A stretch of 59,741 nucleotides of DNA, filler included. It is 10 parts of 10 records of this genome, joined end to end, with 100 filler letters (N's around TTAATTAATTAA, not from the genome) between each part and the next. Parts side by side here need not be neighbours in the genome. Positions count along the whole stretch, not along the records: positions 35,967 to 42,364 come from SRR31147125_210378; positions 42,465 to 48,648 come from SRR31147125_210988; 8 more parts are not named here. One strand, 5' to 3'. Positions 36,583 through 46,982 of this stretch are shown one piece after another. How positions within the stretch are numbered: position 1 is the stretch's first letter; every line of letters begins with the position of its first letter. The translations under genes were made by a program, and so were the position numbers. A model generated the notes under the pieces. It searched no databases, was not told the origin of the DNA, and saw only the letters and a program-made list of their open reading frames with translations.

Positions 36583-38147
36583 ATGGAAATTGACATCTTG
36601 ATCATCGGTGGAGGGGCCACCGGAACCGGTTTGGCTAGAGATCTGGCACTGAGAGGGCTGACGTGTCTTCTGGTGGAAAAGGATGATATCAATGCCGGTG
36701 CCTCCGGAGGAAATCATGGACTGCTCCACAGCGGGGCCCGCTATGTCTCCAACGATCAGGAGAGTGCGGTGGAGTGTATGGAAGAGGGCAAGATCCTGAA
36801 GGCGCTGGCTCCCCACTGCATTGACGATTGCGGCGGAATCTTTGTTGCCGTTGACGGGGATGACGAGGGCTACATTGCCGACTTTCCCGCGTTTTGTGAA
36901 AAGAGCGGCATTGCCTGCACACCGCTGACCTTGGAAGAGGCAAGAGCCCATGAACCGCGACTTGCAAAAAATGCCATTGCCGCCTATGCCGTGGACGATG
37001 CCGCCATCGATCCCTTTATGCTCTCCCTTGAAAATATTGCCGAAGCCAAATCATTGGGCTCCAAATTGATGTGCCATACAAAAGCGGTGAAGTTCGAGAA
37101 GGACGGCAGGCGCATTGTCAAGGTCCATCTTCAAGATTCCCGGTCCGGAGAAACGGTGGTGGTGGAACCGCAGGTGGTGGTCAATGCGACAGGCGCATGG
37201 GCCGGACAGGTCTCTGCCATGGTTTCAGCCGTTTCGCTCAATATTCTTTGGTCCATGGGCACGCTGCTGGTGACGCAATCCAGAATTTCCAATGGCGTGA
37301 TCAATCGATTGAGACCGCCGGCCAACGCTGATATCCTGGTGCCCGGCGGCACAGTCTCCATCATAGGGACCACATCGGTACGGGTGGATGATCCCGACAA
37401 GATCCGGCCCACGGTCCGGGAGACCGATGAGATCGTATCCGTGGGGGCTGAAATGGTGCCGGAGTTGGAACGCATCCGATATATTCGAGCGTACTCCGGT
37501 GTGCGTCCTCTGGTGAGCCTGGGGGGAGACGGCGCAGATGACAGAAATGTAAGTCGTAGCTACACTCTGCTGGATCATTCAATGTGCGATGTGGATAATT
37601 TCGTGACCATCACCGGTGGTAAATTGACCACGTATCGATTGATGGCGGAAAAGACCGCAGACCTGGTGTGCCGAAAACTGGGCCGCGGCTTTGAGAACAA
37701 ACCGTGCCTGACCGAATCCGCCCGCTTCCGTCATCCATGGAAGGAAAATGGACCGAGCCGGGCGTAGCTCCCAGGCGATGGGTCAAAAACTCCCCCCAGG
37801 CCAAAGATAAAATTCTGTGCGAATGCGAGATGATCTCTGAAAAGACCATCGATGATATTGCCTGTGAGCTGAAGAAAAATAAAGAGCTGCCGGATCTACT
37901 CAACATCGGAAAACGGAGTCGCTTGGGAAAGGGCCCCTGCCAAGGGGCATTCTGCAGTGTTCGCGTCTTGGCTAACATGTATGACAAAGACGCCCTCAGC
38001 GGCAATCACGGGGTCGAGGATATCAAGGCCTTTCTCAATGAAAGGTGGAAAGGTCAGCGCCCCATCTTCTGGGGAGAGCAGCTGGTCCAGGCCGAGCTCA
38101 CTGAAGCCATGCACAGCGGTTTTTTTGATCTTGAGTTGGCAAATTAG
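36583..38147 (+). CDS. glpA: Anaerobic glycerol-3-phosphate dehydrogenase subunit A; frameshift near 37715
   Basis: GGGATG, GASGGNHGLLHSGARY, ITGGKLTTYRLMAE, C-terminal CECE...GPCQGAFC. Confidence 0.92.
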
Positions 38148-38170
38148 GGGAGATATGGAGGGCGCAGGGC

Positions 38171-39520
38171 ATGCAAAATGATAGCAATGGGAACCTGAAT
38201 ACAATGGATCCGATAAATGCCATCGGTAATACAGAGGGAATTATCGCTGATTTAACGGTAATCGGGGCGGGTCTTGCAGGGCTTTCTGCGGCTCTGTTCT
38301 CACTGAATCGCCGTATGAAAACCGTGTTGACCGGAAAAAGCAGCTCCATGAACTTTGCGACGGGTCTCATGGATCTCATGGGCGTCTATCCCGCAGGAAA
38401 AGAGTGGGAGTCTCCTTGGGAAGCCATGGATGCACTTGTCGCAGACGTGCCGGGGCATCCCTATGCCAAGGTCGATTCGGAGGATATCAAAAACGGATTG
38501 CAGGAACTCCGGGGATTTTTACACACCCAAGGGCTTGAGTATCATCAAGCCAATGGGCGGAATGTCGATATCTTTACCTCCCTCGGTACTGTCAAAAAAA
38601 GCTACCTGGTTCCTGAATCCATGTGGAAAGGGGCTGTGGCCTTGGAGAAAAAGGCACCGACATTGATCATCGATTTTGCCGGAATGAAAATATACAGTGC
38701 CAAGCAGATCGTCTCAACCCTCTCCGCCACCTGGCCGGCCCTTCACGCCGCCCGTATCGAGTTTCCCGGAATGGAGAGCCTTGAGGAGGTGTATCCCGAA
38801 CATATTGCCCGGGCCCTGGATGTGGAAGAAAATCGTCAAAAGTTGGCTCAGCGTGTGAAACCGCTGCTGATCGGGAAGAATGCCGATATCCACTACATCG
38901 GATTTCCAGCACTTTTGGGGATGAGTGGCCCAACAAAAGTCGTCGCAGAGTTGGAGCGGCTGTTCGGTAAAAATGTCTTTGAAATTCCAACCCCTCCGGT
39001 CTCCGTGCCGGGGATTCGCCTGCATGATACATTGAGCAACGGTATTGATAAAATTGGGGCTTTGCATTCCTTGCCGGAAATGGTACAAAGGGTCAAACTC
39101 TTGCCCGATGGCCGTTTCAGGCTGACAGTGGGGCAGGACGATACCCGACAAATCATTCTGTCAAAGGGTGTGATTCTTGCGACAGGCCGTTTCATGGGAA
39201 AGGGACTGATTGCGCAAAGAACCGGCATTCGGGAAGCCTTGCTTGATCTGCCGGTGACCCAACCGGCGGAGCGTGAAACATGGCACCATGAGGATCTGTT
39301 TCATTCGGATGGTCATCCCGTCAACAGGGCCGGTATTGAGACCGATGCTTGCTTGCGCCCGTTGAAGGCGCCGAACACCCCCTTTGCAGAAAATATGTAT
39401 GCCGCAGGTTCCATTTTGGCCCATAGTGACTGGACCCGCATGAAATGCGGATCAGGCGTTGCCGTTGCAACGGCTTTTGCTGCGGTAAAAGCTTTTTCTC
39501 AAAAAGGTATAAAGGATTGA
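38171..39520 (+). CDS. glpB: Anaerobic glycerol-3-phosphate dehydrogenase subunit B
   Basis: GAGLAG, FEIPTPPVSVPGIRL, LATGRFMGKGL, CGSGVAVAT; follows glpA. Confidence 0.9.
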   Translation: MQNDSNGNLNTMDPINAIGNTEGIIADLTVIGAGLAGLSAALFSLNRRMKTVLTGKSSSMNFATGLMDLMGVYPAGKEWESPWEAMDALVADVPGHPYAKVDSEDIKNGLQELRGFLHTQGLEYHQANGRNVDIFTSLGTVKKSYLVPESMWKGAVALEKKAPTLIIDFAGMKIYSAKQIVSTLSATWPALHAARIEFPGMESLEEVYPEHIARALDVEENRQKLAQRVKPLLIGKNADIHYIGFPALLGMSGPTKVVAELERLFGKNVFEIPTPPVSVPGIRLHDTLSNGIDKIGALHSLPEMVQRVKLLPDGRFRLTVGQDDTRQIILSKGVILATGRFMGKGLIAQRTGIREALLDLPVTQPAERETWHHEDLFHSDGHPVNRAGIETDACLRPLKAPNTPFAENMYAAGSILAHSDWTRMKCGSGVAVATAFAAVKAFSQKGIKD

Positions 39521-41337
39521 AACGCTTTTTAAGTTCGTTATTTGGTAAACTCTTCAATAAAGACCAGACATTATCTCAACCGAAAATTTCCACGCCGGAT
39601 GAGCGGATCGATCAGTTCACCCGGCGCTCGGAAATCATCTCATCTCTTCCCCCGTCTCCAGCGGGCTGGTTTCATCTTCGCTTAAGGAGGGCGATTCAGA
39701 CACCGGACGATCCCCATCGTCAATTGACGCCATCTTCTCCACCTCATAAAGAGGTGCATGAGAAGCGGGGCACTGCCGTCTCTATTTCCCCGTCATCCAC
39801 CGATTCTCCCACAGAACCTGCTGTATCTCAACCGACCCGTTCGCCTGACAAAAGAGAGAAACCGCCACGCAAGAAAAAGCCCAAATGGAATATCGAGCAG
39901 TTTGACGTTCCCCCAGTCGAGGGAGAGACCCGATTTCATGATGTGAAACTGCCGTATAATATCATGCACTCCATCTGTGATTTGGGATTCAAGTATTGTA
40001 CGCCGGTGCAGGCCCAGGTGCTCCCCCATACCTTGGAGGGAAAAGATGCCACAGCCAGAGCTCAGACCGGTACGGGTAAAAGTGCGGCCTTTCTGATCAC
40101 CATCATTGCCAAATTGATGGGGCGCCCCATCCATGGAAAGTCTCAGAAAGGTGCTCCCAGAGCGTTGATCCTCGCCCCTACCCGGGAGTTGGTCATTCAG
40201 ATCGAAAAGGATGCCAAGGCCCTCACCAAACACAACCGGTTGCGCACCTTAGCTGTTTTCGGCGGAACCGGATACAAGCATCAGCATGATATTCTGGAGA
40301 ACCGGTATGTGGATATTGTGGCGGCGACGCCGGGGCGGCTCATCGATTTCATGGGGCAGAAGGTGATCAATCTGAAAAAGGTGGAGATCCTGGTGTTGGA
40401 TGAGGCGGATCGTATGTTGGATATGGGCTTTTTGCCTGATATCAGAAGAATCGTCTATGCCACCCCCCACAAAGATAAACGACAAACCATGTTCTTCAGT
40501 GCCACGTTTACCGATGAAATCTTGAGGCTGGCTTCTCAATGGACCCGGGAGGCTGTTCAGATTGAGGTGGACCCGGAACATGCCGCATCGGAAAATATTC
40601 AGCAAAAGGTGTTTATCGTCACGGAAGATGAGAAAATGCCGCTTCTGTACAATCTGGTCAAGGGAAAAAATCTGGATCGGGTCATTTTGTTTGTTAACCG
40701 GCGGGATACCTCACGAAGAGTTGCAAAGAAACTGAAGCAGTACGATATTAATAACGGCGTGCTCTCAGGAGAGGTCGCTCAGAATCAGCGGATGCGAACC
40801 CTGGAGGATTTCAAAAAAGGAAAACTCACGGTGCTGGTGGCAACGGATGTGGCTGCAAGGGGGCTTCACATTGAAGGGGTCAGCCATGTGATCAACTACG
40901 ATCTTCCCCAGGAAGCAGAGCACTATGTTCACCGAATCGGTCGAACCGGCCGTGCCGGCGCTCAAGGGATCTCAGTCAGTTTTGCCGATGAGATGAGCTC
41001 ATTTCATATCCCTGCCATTGAAGAGGTACTGGGCGAGAAGCTGGAGTGTGAATTCCCTGATGAGGAACTGCTCAAACCACTCCCACCACCGAAAAAGCTG
41101 CCGGAAGAAGAAAAGGGGCGTGGAACAGCGCGAAGCAGCAGGGGAGGGCGAAGTGGAAGAAGAGCGCCTTCCAATCGTAAAGGGGGAACCCCCGGTAAAA
41201 AGGGGGGCGGCAGACCATCCGGTCAAAGACAATCCTCCGGTAAAAATTTTAATAGACGACGGCCCCGATCCAATACGCCGAAACAGGGAGATAAAGCCCC
41301 TTCAACTTCAAGAGAAAAGAGTTCGTCTGAATCTTGA
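39517..41337 (+). CDS. DEAD-box RNA helicase (RhlB/RhlE type)
   Basis: AQTGTGKS, PTRELV, TPGRL, DEAD, SAT, ARGL, HRIGRTGR; probable TTG start overlapping the glpB stop. Confidence 0.92.
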   Translation: MKRFLSSLFGKLFNKDQTLSQPKISTPDERIDQFTRRSEIISSLPPSPAGWFHLRLRRAIQTPDDPHRQLTPSSPPHKEVHEKRGTAVSISPSSTDSPTEPAVSQPTRSPDKREKPPRKKKPKWNIEQFDVPPVEGETRFHDVKLPYNIMHSICDLGFKYCTPVQAQVLPHTLEGKDATARAQTGTGKSAAFLITIIAKLMGRPIHGKSQKGAPRALILAPTRELVIQIEKDAKALTKHNRLRTLAVFGGTGYKHQHDILENRYVDIVAATPGRLIDFMGQKVINLKKVEILVLDEADRMLDMGFLPDIRRIVYATPHKDKRQTMFFSATFTDEILRLASQWTREAVQIEVDPEHAASENIQQKVFIVTEDEKMPLLYNLVKGKNLDRVILFVNRRDTSRRVAKKLKQYDINNGVLSGEVAQNQRMRTLEDFKKGKLTVLVATDVAARGLHIEGVSHVINYDLPQEAEHYVHRIGRTGRAGAQGISVSFADEMSSFHIPAIEEVLGEKLECEFPDEELLKPLPPPKKLPEEEKGRGTARSSRGGRSGRRAPSNRKGGTPGKKGGGRPSGQRQSSGKNFNRRRPRSNTPKQGDKAPSTSREKSSSES

Positions 41338-41413
41338 CAGGGTTACCCTCTCAATATAATAAGGTGAGCGAGACGGGCATGTAATACCCGACGCGTAATC
41401 CATTTACCTGGTC

Positions 41414-41536
41414 TCAAATTTCTGTTTTTTTGACAGGGATTGAGATGTTAGTTAGTAACGCGGGAAACCCGCAACCCAATCACCTTTCATCAAATTTTTG
41501 TTTTTTCGACAAGAATCGAGATGTGAGGTATTAACG
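41414..41536. repeat. Two imperfect 47-nt direct repeats
   Basis: 41414-41460 and 41490-41536 match at 39 of 47 positions. Confidence 0.75.
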
Positions 41537-41628
41537 AAGATATTCGGTCGCCCATGAGCCTTCCGGCAAATATACGATTTGACAGGGAGTCGGCTCTACG
41601 GAACTAAATTCTCATAAGGAGTTTAATC

Positions 41629-42066
41629 ATGTTTGGTTTGGGAATGCCTGAAATTCTCCTCATCTTGGCCATCGCATTAATGGTGATCGGTCCCAAAAAA
41701 TTACCGGAACTTGCCAAGACCCTGGGTAAGGCCATGGGCGAGTTCAAGAATGCTGCTCAGGATTTTAAACGCAGTATCGATTTGGAAAGTACTACCCGAG
41801 AGTTTTCCGAGCCTGTCAATAGCATCAAGGATGACATCAAACGGTCTGTAACCGTTGATGACGCTCCGTCGAACGATTTTAAAGCCGACGATTCAACACA
41901 GGATCTCCGGAAAAATGAACAAAAAGGTCAGGGTGCTGAGAAGACCGGGGCAAAAAATGCCGACGCAGATGTCGATGCGGATTTTGATGACGCACCTTAT
42001 GATTTAAATGCTTCAGATCAAGCAACGAGTTCATCAGCTAAAGAAAAGGGTGGAAAGGCAGAATAA
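41629..42066 (+). CDS. tatB: Twin-arginine translocase TatA/TatB-family subunit (long tail, TatB-like)
   Basis: MFGLGMPEILLILAIALMVIGPKKLPELAKTLGK; directly before tatC. Confidence 0.8.
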   Translation: MFGLGMPEILLILAIALMVIGPKKLPELAKTLGKAMGEFKNAAQDFKRSIDLESTTREFSEPVNSIKDDIKRSVTVDDAPSNDFKADDSTQDLRKNEQKGQGAEKTGAKNADADVDADFDDAPYDLNASDQATSSSAKEKGGKAE

Positions 42067-42364
42067 TGAGTGGCTACGAGGAAGATAAAGCCCCTTTCAT
42101 GGAGCACCTTACTGAGCTGCGGGATCGATTGATCCGCTGCTTTATTGCCGTGGGTGTCGGATTTGTCATTTCATACTGTTTCAAGGAACAGCTCTTCGAG
42201 CTTCTGGTCGCCCCATTGGTAACGGCCATGGGTGAAGGGCAGAAGATGATCTTCACCGGCCTTCCCGAGGCGTTTTTCACCTATTTAAAGGTGTCGCTAC
42301 TGTCCGGGATTGTCGTGGCCGTGCCGGTTCTATTTTACGAGTTCTGGATGTTTATCTCACCGGG
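42066..42364 (+). CDS. tatC: Twin-arginine translocase TatC, 3' truncated
   Basis: PFMEHLTELRDRL, FTGLPEAFFTYLK, YEFWMFISP. Confidence 0.93.
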
Positions 42365-42725
42365 NNNNNNNNNNNNNNNNNNNNNNNNNNNNNNNNNNNN
42401 NNNNNNNNTTAATTAATTAANNNNNNNNNNNNNNNNNNNNNNNNNNNNNNNNNNNNNNNNNNNNGTTACCCTATTTTTTCAGATTCGCGGTGCCGGAAAC
42501 TGGAAACTAAGGCAAACATGAGTTTATCCTCCTAATCAAAAAACGCCCCATAGGTAGCCCGAGAGCTTGCCAGCGAGGCGTTCTTTTGCATGGCCCTTCC
42601 CTTTCGCCCTTTGCGAGCAGGCGATCTTTCGAAGCCTTTGCCGACTGGCTGCTATCAAATAGTGCCTGAGGCTAATGTTTGAAAACACTCGGCGAAAGGG
42701 CCGGGTCCATTTTCAGCAGTCACAA

Positions 42726-45700
42726 TCAGCCGGTCGGCGGATGCGGTAGATTGGCCAGATTATTGTCGTCTGTAGCATCGGCGGTCGAACGCATATAGCG
42801 TCTGCCACTATCCATATGCACAATCTGAAGTTGCGTGCGCGGGCTGCCGCCCTGCTGGACATAGAATGAAAAACGACCGCTTTCCTGCAGCTGTACCGCC
42901 TGACCGACTGGCAACATGAAAATGGTGTCGTCAGCGTTGCGGCCGCCTATTGTTTCAATGCCACCATAATTATTTTTTGTGACATATTCGATGCGGGTGC
43001 CAATGGCGCCATCATATTCATTGTCTGGGATCAGCTCTACCTGTAGCCAGCCATCGCTCGCAAGCACCGGACCTTCAGGCAATTGGGCAGAACTGTTGGC
43101 AGGCACGGTTTCATCACTCGACCAGCTTACTGGATCAGGTCTGCGGTGCCATGTCCAGTTGCCGCGGATGTCGCTGGCCACCGGAATGCGGGTCGAGTCC
43201 TCATCACGCAGCAAAGGGCCGAAGCGCAAGGTAGGGGAAAGGCGGCTCAGGGCGGCAGCGGTCCAATCCCTGCGCAGGCCGATCTGCTTTTGCGGCAGCA
43301 CCCCGCTTGTTACCTCTAAATTCGATGCTGGCTCCATAATCAGGGTGAGCGGAACATCAATGCCGGGATTGATGTAAAAGACGCCGCTTTCATCTATGAA
43401 GCTTTCCAGCAACGATTCATTTTCCAGCGTGCGCGCAAATTCAGCCAGACCTGGGTCGAGAATATGGAGACGTAAATAATCATCATCAATATAAAAGCCG
43501 AGCAGCCCGTCTGATATTTTCGCCAGCGTGCCGAGCTGGACCGCTATCGCGGTGGTTGCATTTTCGGGTGGGTTCCGCTCATCGAACACATCAATGCGGA
43601 TTTTAGCGCGCACTATTACCGCCGGTTGGCCGAGAATGAGCGAGAGATGCTCATCACCGGCACTTCCTGTCAGATCGGTTGTCCAGCGCGTGGCATCAAT
43701 CATCCGCAAAAGGCTCTCCAAGGCACCCGAACCTGCTGCCCCTTGACGCTGGAAATCCAGATCGGCATCGAGAATGGCATCAGCAAGATCACGCAGGAAC
43801 ATGTTACCGATCCGGTTGCCGGGGCGCGCGCCAAGGCTTGCCAGCGTGCCGGGCCGCTCTTCCCAGCCTATGCCCTTGACCGGATCTTTAAACAGGCGGC
43901 CCAGCCCTTGACCATCCAAATCAAACAACTCGAGCGATTTTTCGCGCGGAGAGGGCAGTATAAAGCCGCAAACAGGGCTGACGGCTTCGTTGGCTTCCAT
44001 GTCGGCTCCGGCAGCATCCATGAAGCGAAGATTGATCTGTGCCGGAGCGGTGAAACGCGGGCGCAGAGCGGCAAGCTCGGCATGGCCCTGCGTTTGTAAT
44101 GTCTGTCCTATCTTGACTTGCGGGGGCGGGAAGCGCCGCGGTCTGCAATATCGATATATTGACCGAACCCGTCCACCAGCCGCAACCGGTCCAGCCGTAG
44201 GAAACCGGCTCTCAGCGGACGAAAATCATCAGGCATCGCGCCAAGCGGCATCGGGTTGTCAAGCCGATGGTAATCGGCGGTAACTATAGACTCCAGCCGG
44301 TCGCCCCTCAGCTTGGCGATGAAATTCTCCAGCGATCCGCCCATCAGATCAAAAATCGGAGCCTGCTCCCCGCTTTCAGAACTGAGCGCAAATTCGATCA
44401 TTCGCGCAGCCGTTGCAGACAGAATTGACCGGCCAGAAAAGCTAATCGCGCTGTCTTCTGCCGGAACCCTGGCGGGTTTGGGCAGTTCATAATCACTATC
44501 GACCAACTCCCAATCATGCGCTCCGTGGGCGGAAGGCAAATAGCTGAGCTGCCAATCTAGATGCAGCGGGGTCCACGGCCTTTCCGGTTTTGCTATGGCA
44601 AGCGGGCTGGGCAGAATTCCCGTGATTGCGGCGTCTTTCAGGGCCGGAGTCTCAACCGCTCCTGCGGCAAAGGAATCCCACCAGCTGGCGCGGACCTGCG
44701 CGACCGGAGAGGCAGAATTGGCGGTAGCGGTATCAAGATCAGGCGCGCTGGCCGGATCGAGGCTCGCCAGCTCATCGAGCAGCAAGCCGGCTGCTTCAGG
44801 CACATCGCATTCGAGGGCAATATTTTTCAGCGGCTCCTCCGGCAACACTGCTGAACCCTTGCCGCTGTCACCATTTTTCAGGCCAAAGGCGCGCACACAA
44901 TCAGCATCGAGCCGGCACAGAAGGTCATCATTCTCGCCAAATCGCCCGTCATCTCCATGCTTACCGCTACGCCCCGCGCCCTGCAGCACAATGGCGGGAT
45001 CAACTGCATGCCAGCTGCGCGGAGTGGCCCTTTCCACTTCGCGGAAACCGCCTGCCAGATCATCGCTGCTATTGTCCGCCTGCCAGATGGTTTCGCTTGT
45101 TTCATCGCCCGGCGCAGAGCCGAAGCGGGCGGCATTCAGCTTGGCTTCTATATCGGTCAGCCCGTCAACGCCGGTAGCATCGCCCACAATGCCGGAGAGG
45201 CGCGCCTCCAGCATGCGCGCGGCAATGGGGTCCAGATCATTGTCCAGTATGCTGACAGCCGCTTCACCGATGGTCTCGCCAAGCGCAACTTCAATCGCAT
45301 CAGCATCGGGTCGCAGGTCCTTTTCTGTGCCGATCGTCCCGCCGTCACCCTGCCATCCGGCATCGGGCCAACCATAGCCAAGGGCATGGGCATGATAGAC
45401 CGAACGTTCGGGGAAGGGTTCACCATCGGCCAGCGGGCGGGCCAGAGTCCAGTCCTGCTCGTCCATCCGGCTGTAGAAATCCGCCTCATTGCGAGAAAAG
45501 ACCGGATCGTTGCGGACATCCGAAAACCAGCCGCAAATGCTGTAGGCGACTGCGCCGCTGACATTTGCCAGGTCATCATAAAAGGCAAAGCGGTTGGTCA
45601 CATTGTCAAAACAACCCACCCAGCCGAAGGAGCCGGGGCCAAGCGCGGTAATATCTTCATGCTTGCCAAGATCAGCGGGCGGCTTTTCTCCAGACAAAAT

Positions 45701-46069
45701 ATTGGGAACTACTATCGCATTTTCCGCCCCGCCATCCGGTAATAACCAGGCATCCACCTTGCGTTTTTCGCTGCCATCCTCTGACGAAAGCCTCAAGATT
45801 AACCACCGGTTCGGCGCGGGCGGCAGCACCAGATTATCGTTTATCAGCTCGCCTCTGGTCAGCGCATCGGGCAGGGCCCAATGCAGATAGGCACCGGGCG
45901 CGCGGCCTTCTATCATTGTCGAGAAGGGGTCTGCTTCCAATTGCTGGCGGACGCGGCGATTGGCTTGCGGGCTGGGTGCGCGCATCGCGGTATCGGCCCA
46001 GAATTCGCCGTCGAATTGCTCGCGCACCATCAACAGATCCAAAACAACAGGAACAATTAGGGTAGTCAT
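42726..46069 (-). CDS. Large hypothetical protein (~1110 aa) with C-terminal DUF3892-like domain; frameshift near 44130
   Basis: AGGAGG RBS before ATG at 46069; 671-aa and 431-aa ORFs join through ...DGFGQYIDI / PPQVKIGQTL...LRPRFTAPAQINLRFMD; ends YMRSTADATDDNNLANLP. Confidence 0.8.
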
Positions 46070-46091
46070 TTGCGGTTGGTCCTCCTGTTGC

Positions 46092-46982
46092 TCAGTTTTC
46101 AAACCGCTGTCTGGCGGGAGCACGAAGCAGTTGCATGGCCAGCCCTGCCGAACCGCGCTTCACGCCGAGCGGGCGCTCCTGGTCGACCTTCATCGCTGGC
46201 CCATTGATATCCACCACGCCTTTGAGCCGGCCGCCAGGACGCATCGGCACATCGATTTTCGTTGCCGTTTCCCGCCCCTCCTCATCGCGCAGTTCCAGTT
46301 CGAAACCATTCAGCTCTTTATCGAGGCCAAACTGGACAGCCCCATGCGGTTCTTCCAGCCAGAACATACGCGGCACACCATCAAAAAGCACGATCATAAC
46401 GGACGGTGCCAGCCGCTCCATTCGCAAAATAGGGACGACAAGATCCGGCCGTTTTTCTTCCAGTTCAGCTGGATCAACGCCGTCCGGGATGGTCCGCTTG
46501 TCTGTCGTGGTCCATGCGCGCAGCGCAAAATTAGGCCACTGGCTCACCAGTCTGGAGCGCAGCAGCATGCCGGACACTGTGCCAGGTGCCACATCCTTGT
46601 CCGCGCCCACCGCCAGCTCGAACTTTGTCCGGCCAAGCGAGACTTTGCGCACGCTGTAGCGCAGTTGGGCCGAGCGCTCCGTCGCCTCACCCGCCGCCGC
46701 CTTGGCCCGCGTCATTTCGCGCGAACCGCTGCCCGCCGCGCTGAGAGCGCCGGTAACTAACTTGGCGAGCCATGCCTCGTCCAGCGTGAAAAAACGCGCG
46801 CTTTCATCGGGAAGCAGCCGTGCATCAGGCACAAGATAGCGGAACGGCAGGTCATGAAGCAGGCGCAATCTGGCCAGCTGGAAATTGACATAATCGGGCA
46901 ACGGTTTGGTGACAGAAGTAGTGTCGACCGCCAGCTGCATCCGTGCCCGCAACAGGCGGGCACCCAGGTTGAGCTTGCTCAT
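46092..46982 (-). CDS. Hypothetical protein (296 aa)
   Basis: ATGA overlap with upstream gene; LLHDLPFRYLVPDARLLPDESARFF, SGMLLRSRLVSQWP, EEPHGAVQFG. Confidence 0.85.
   Translation of the reverse strand: MSKLNLGARLLRARMQLAVDTTSVTKPLPDYVNFQLARLRLLHDLPFRYLVPDARLLPDESARFFTLDEAWLAKLVTGALSAAGSGSREMTRAKAAAGEATERSAQLRYSVRKVSLGRTKFELAVGADKDVAPGTVSGMLLRSRLVSQWPNFALRAWTTTDKRTIPDGVDPAELEEKRPDLVVPILRMERLAPSVMIVLFDGVPRMFWLEEPHGAVQFGLDKELNGFELELRDEEGRETATKIDVPMRPGGRLKGVVDINGPAMKVDQERPLGVKRGSAGLAMQLLRAPARQRFEN

Noticed and set aside
41414-41536. CRISPR array
   Set aside because: Only two degenerate 47-nt copies and no cas genes; no array seen anywhere in the window.
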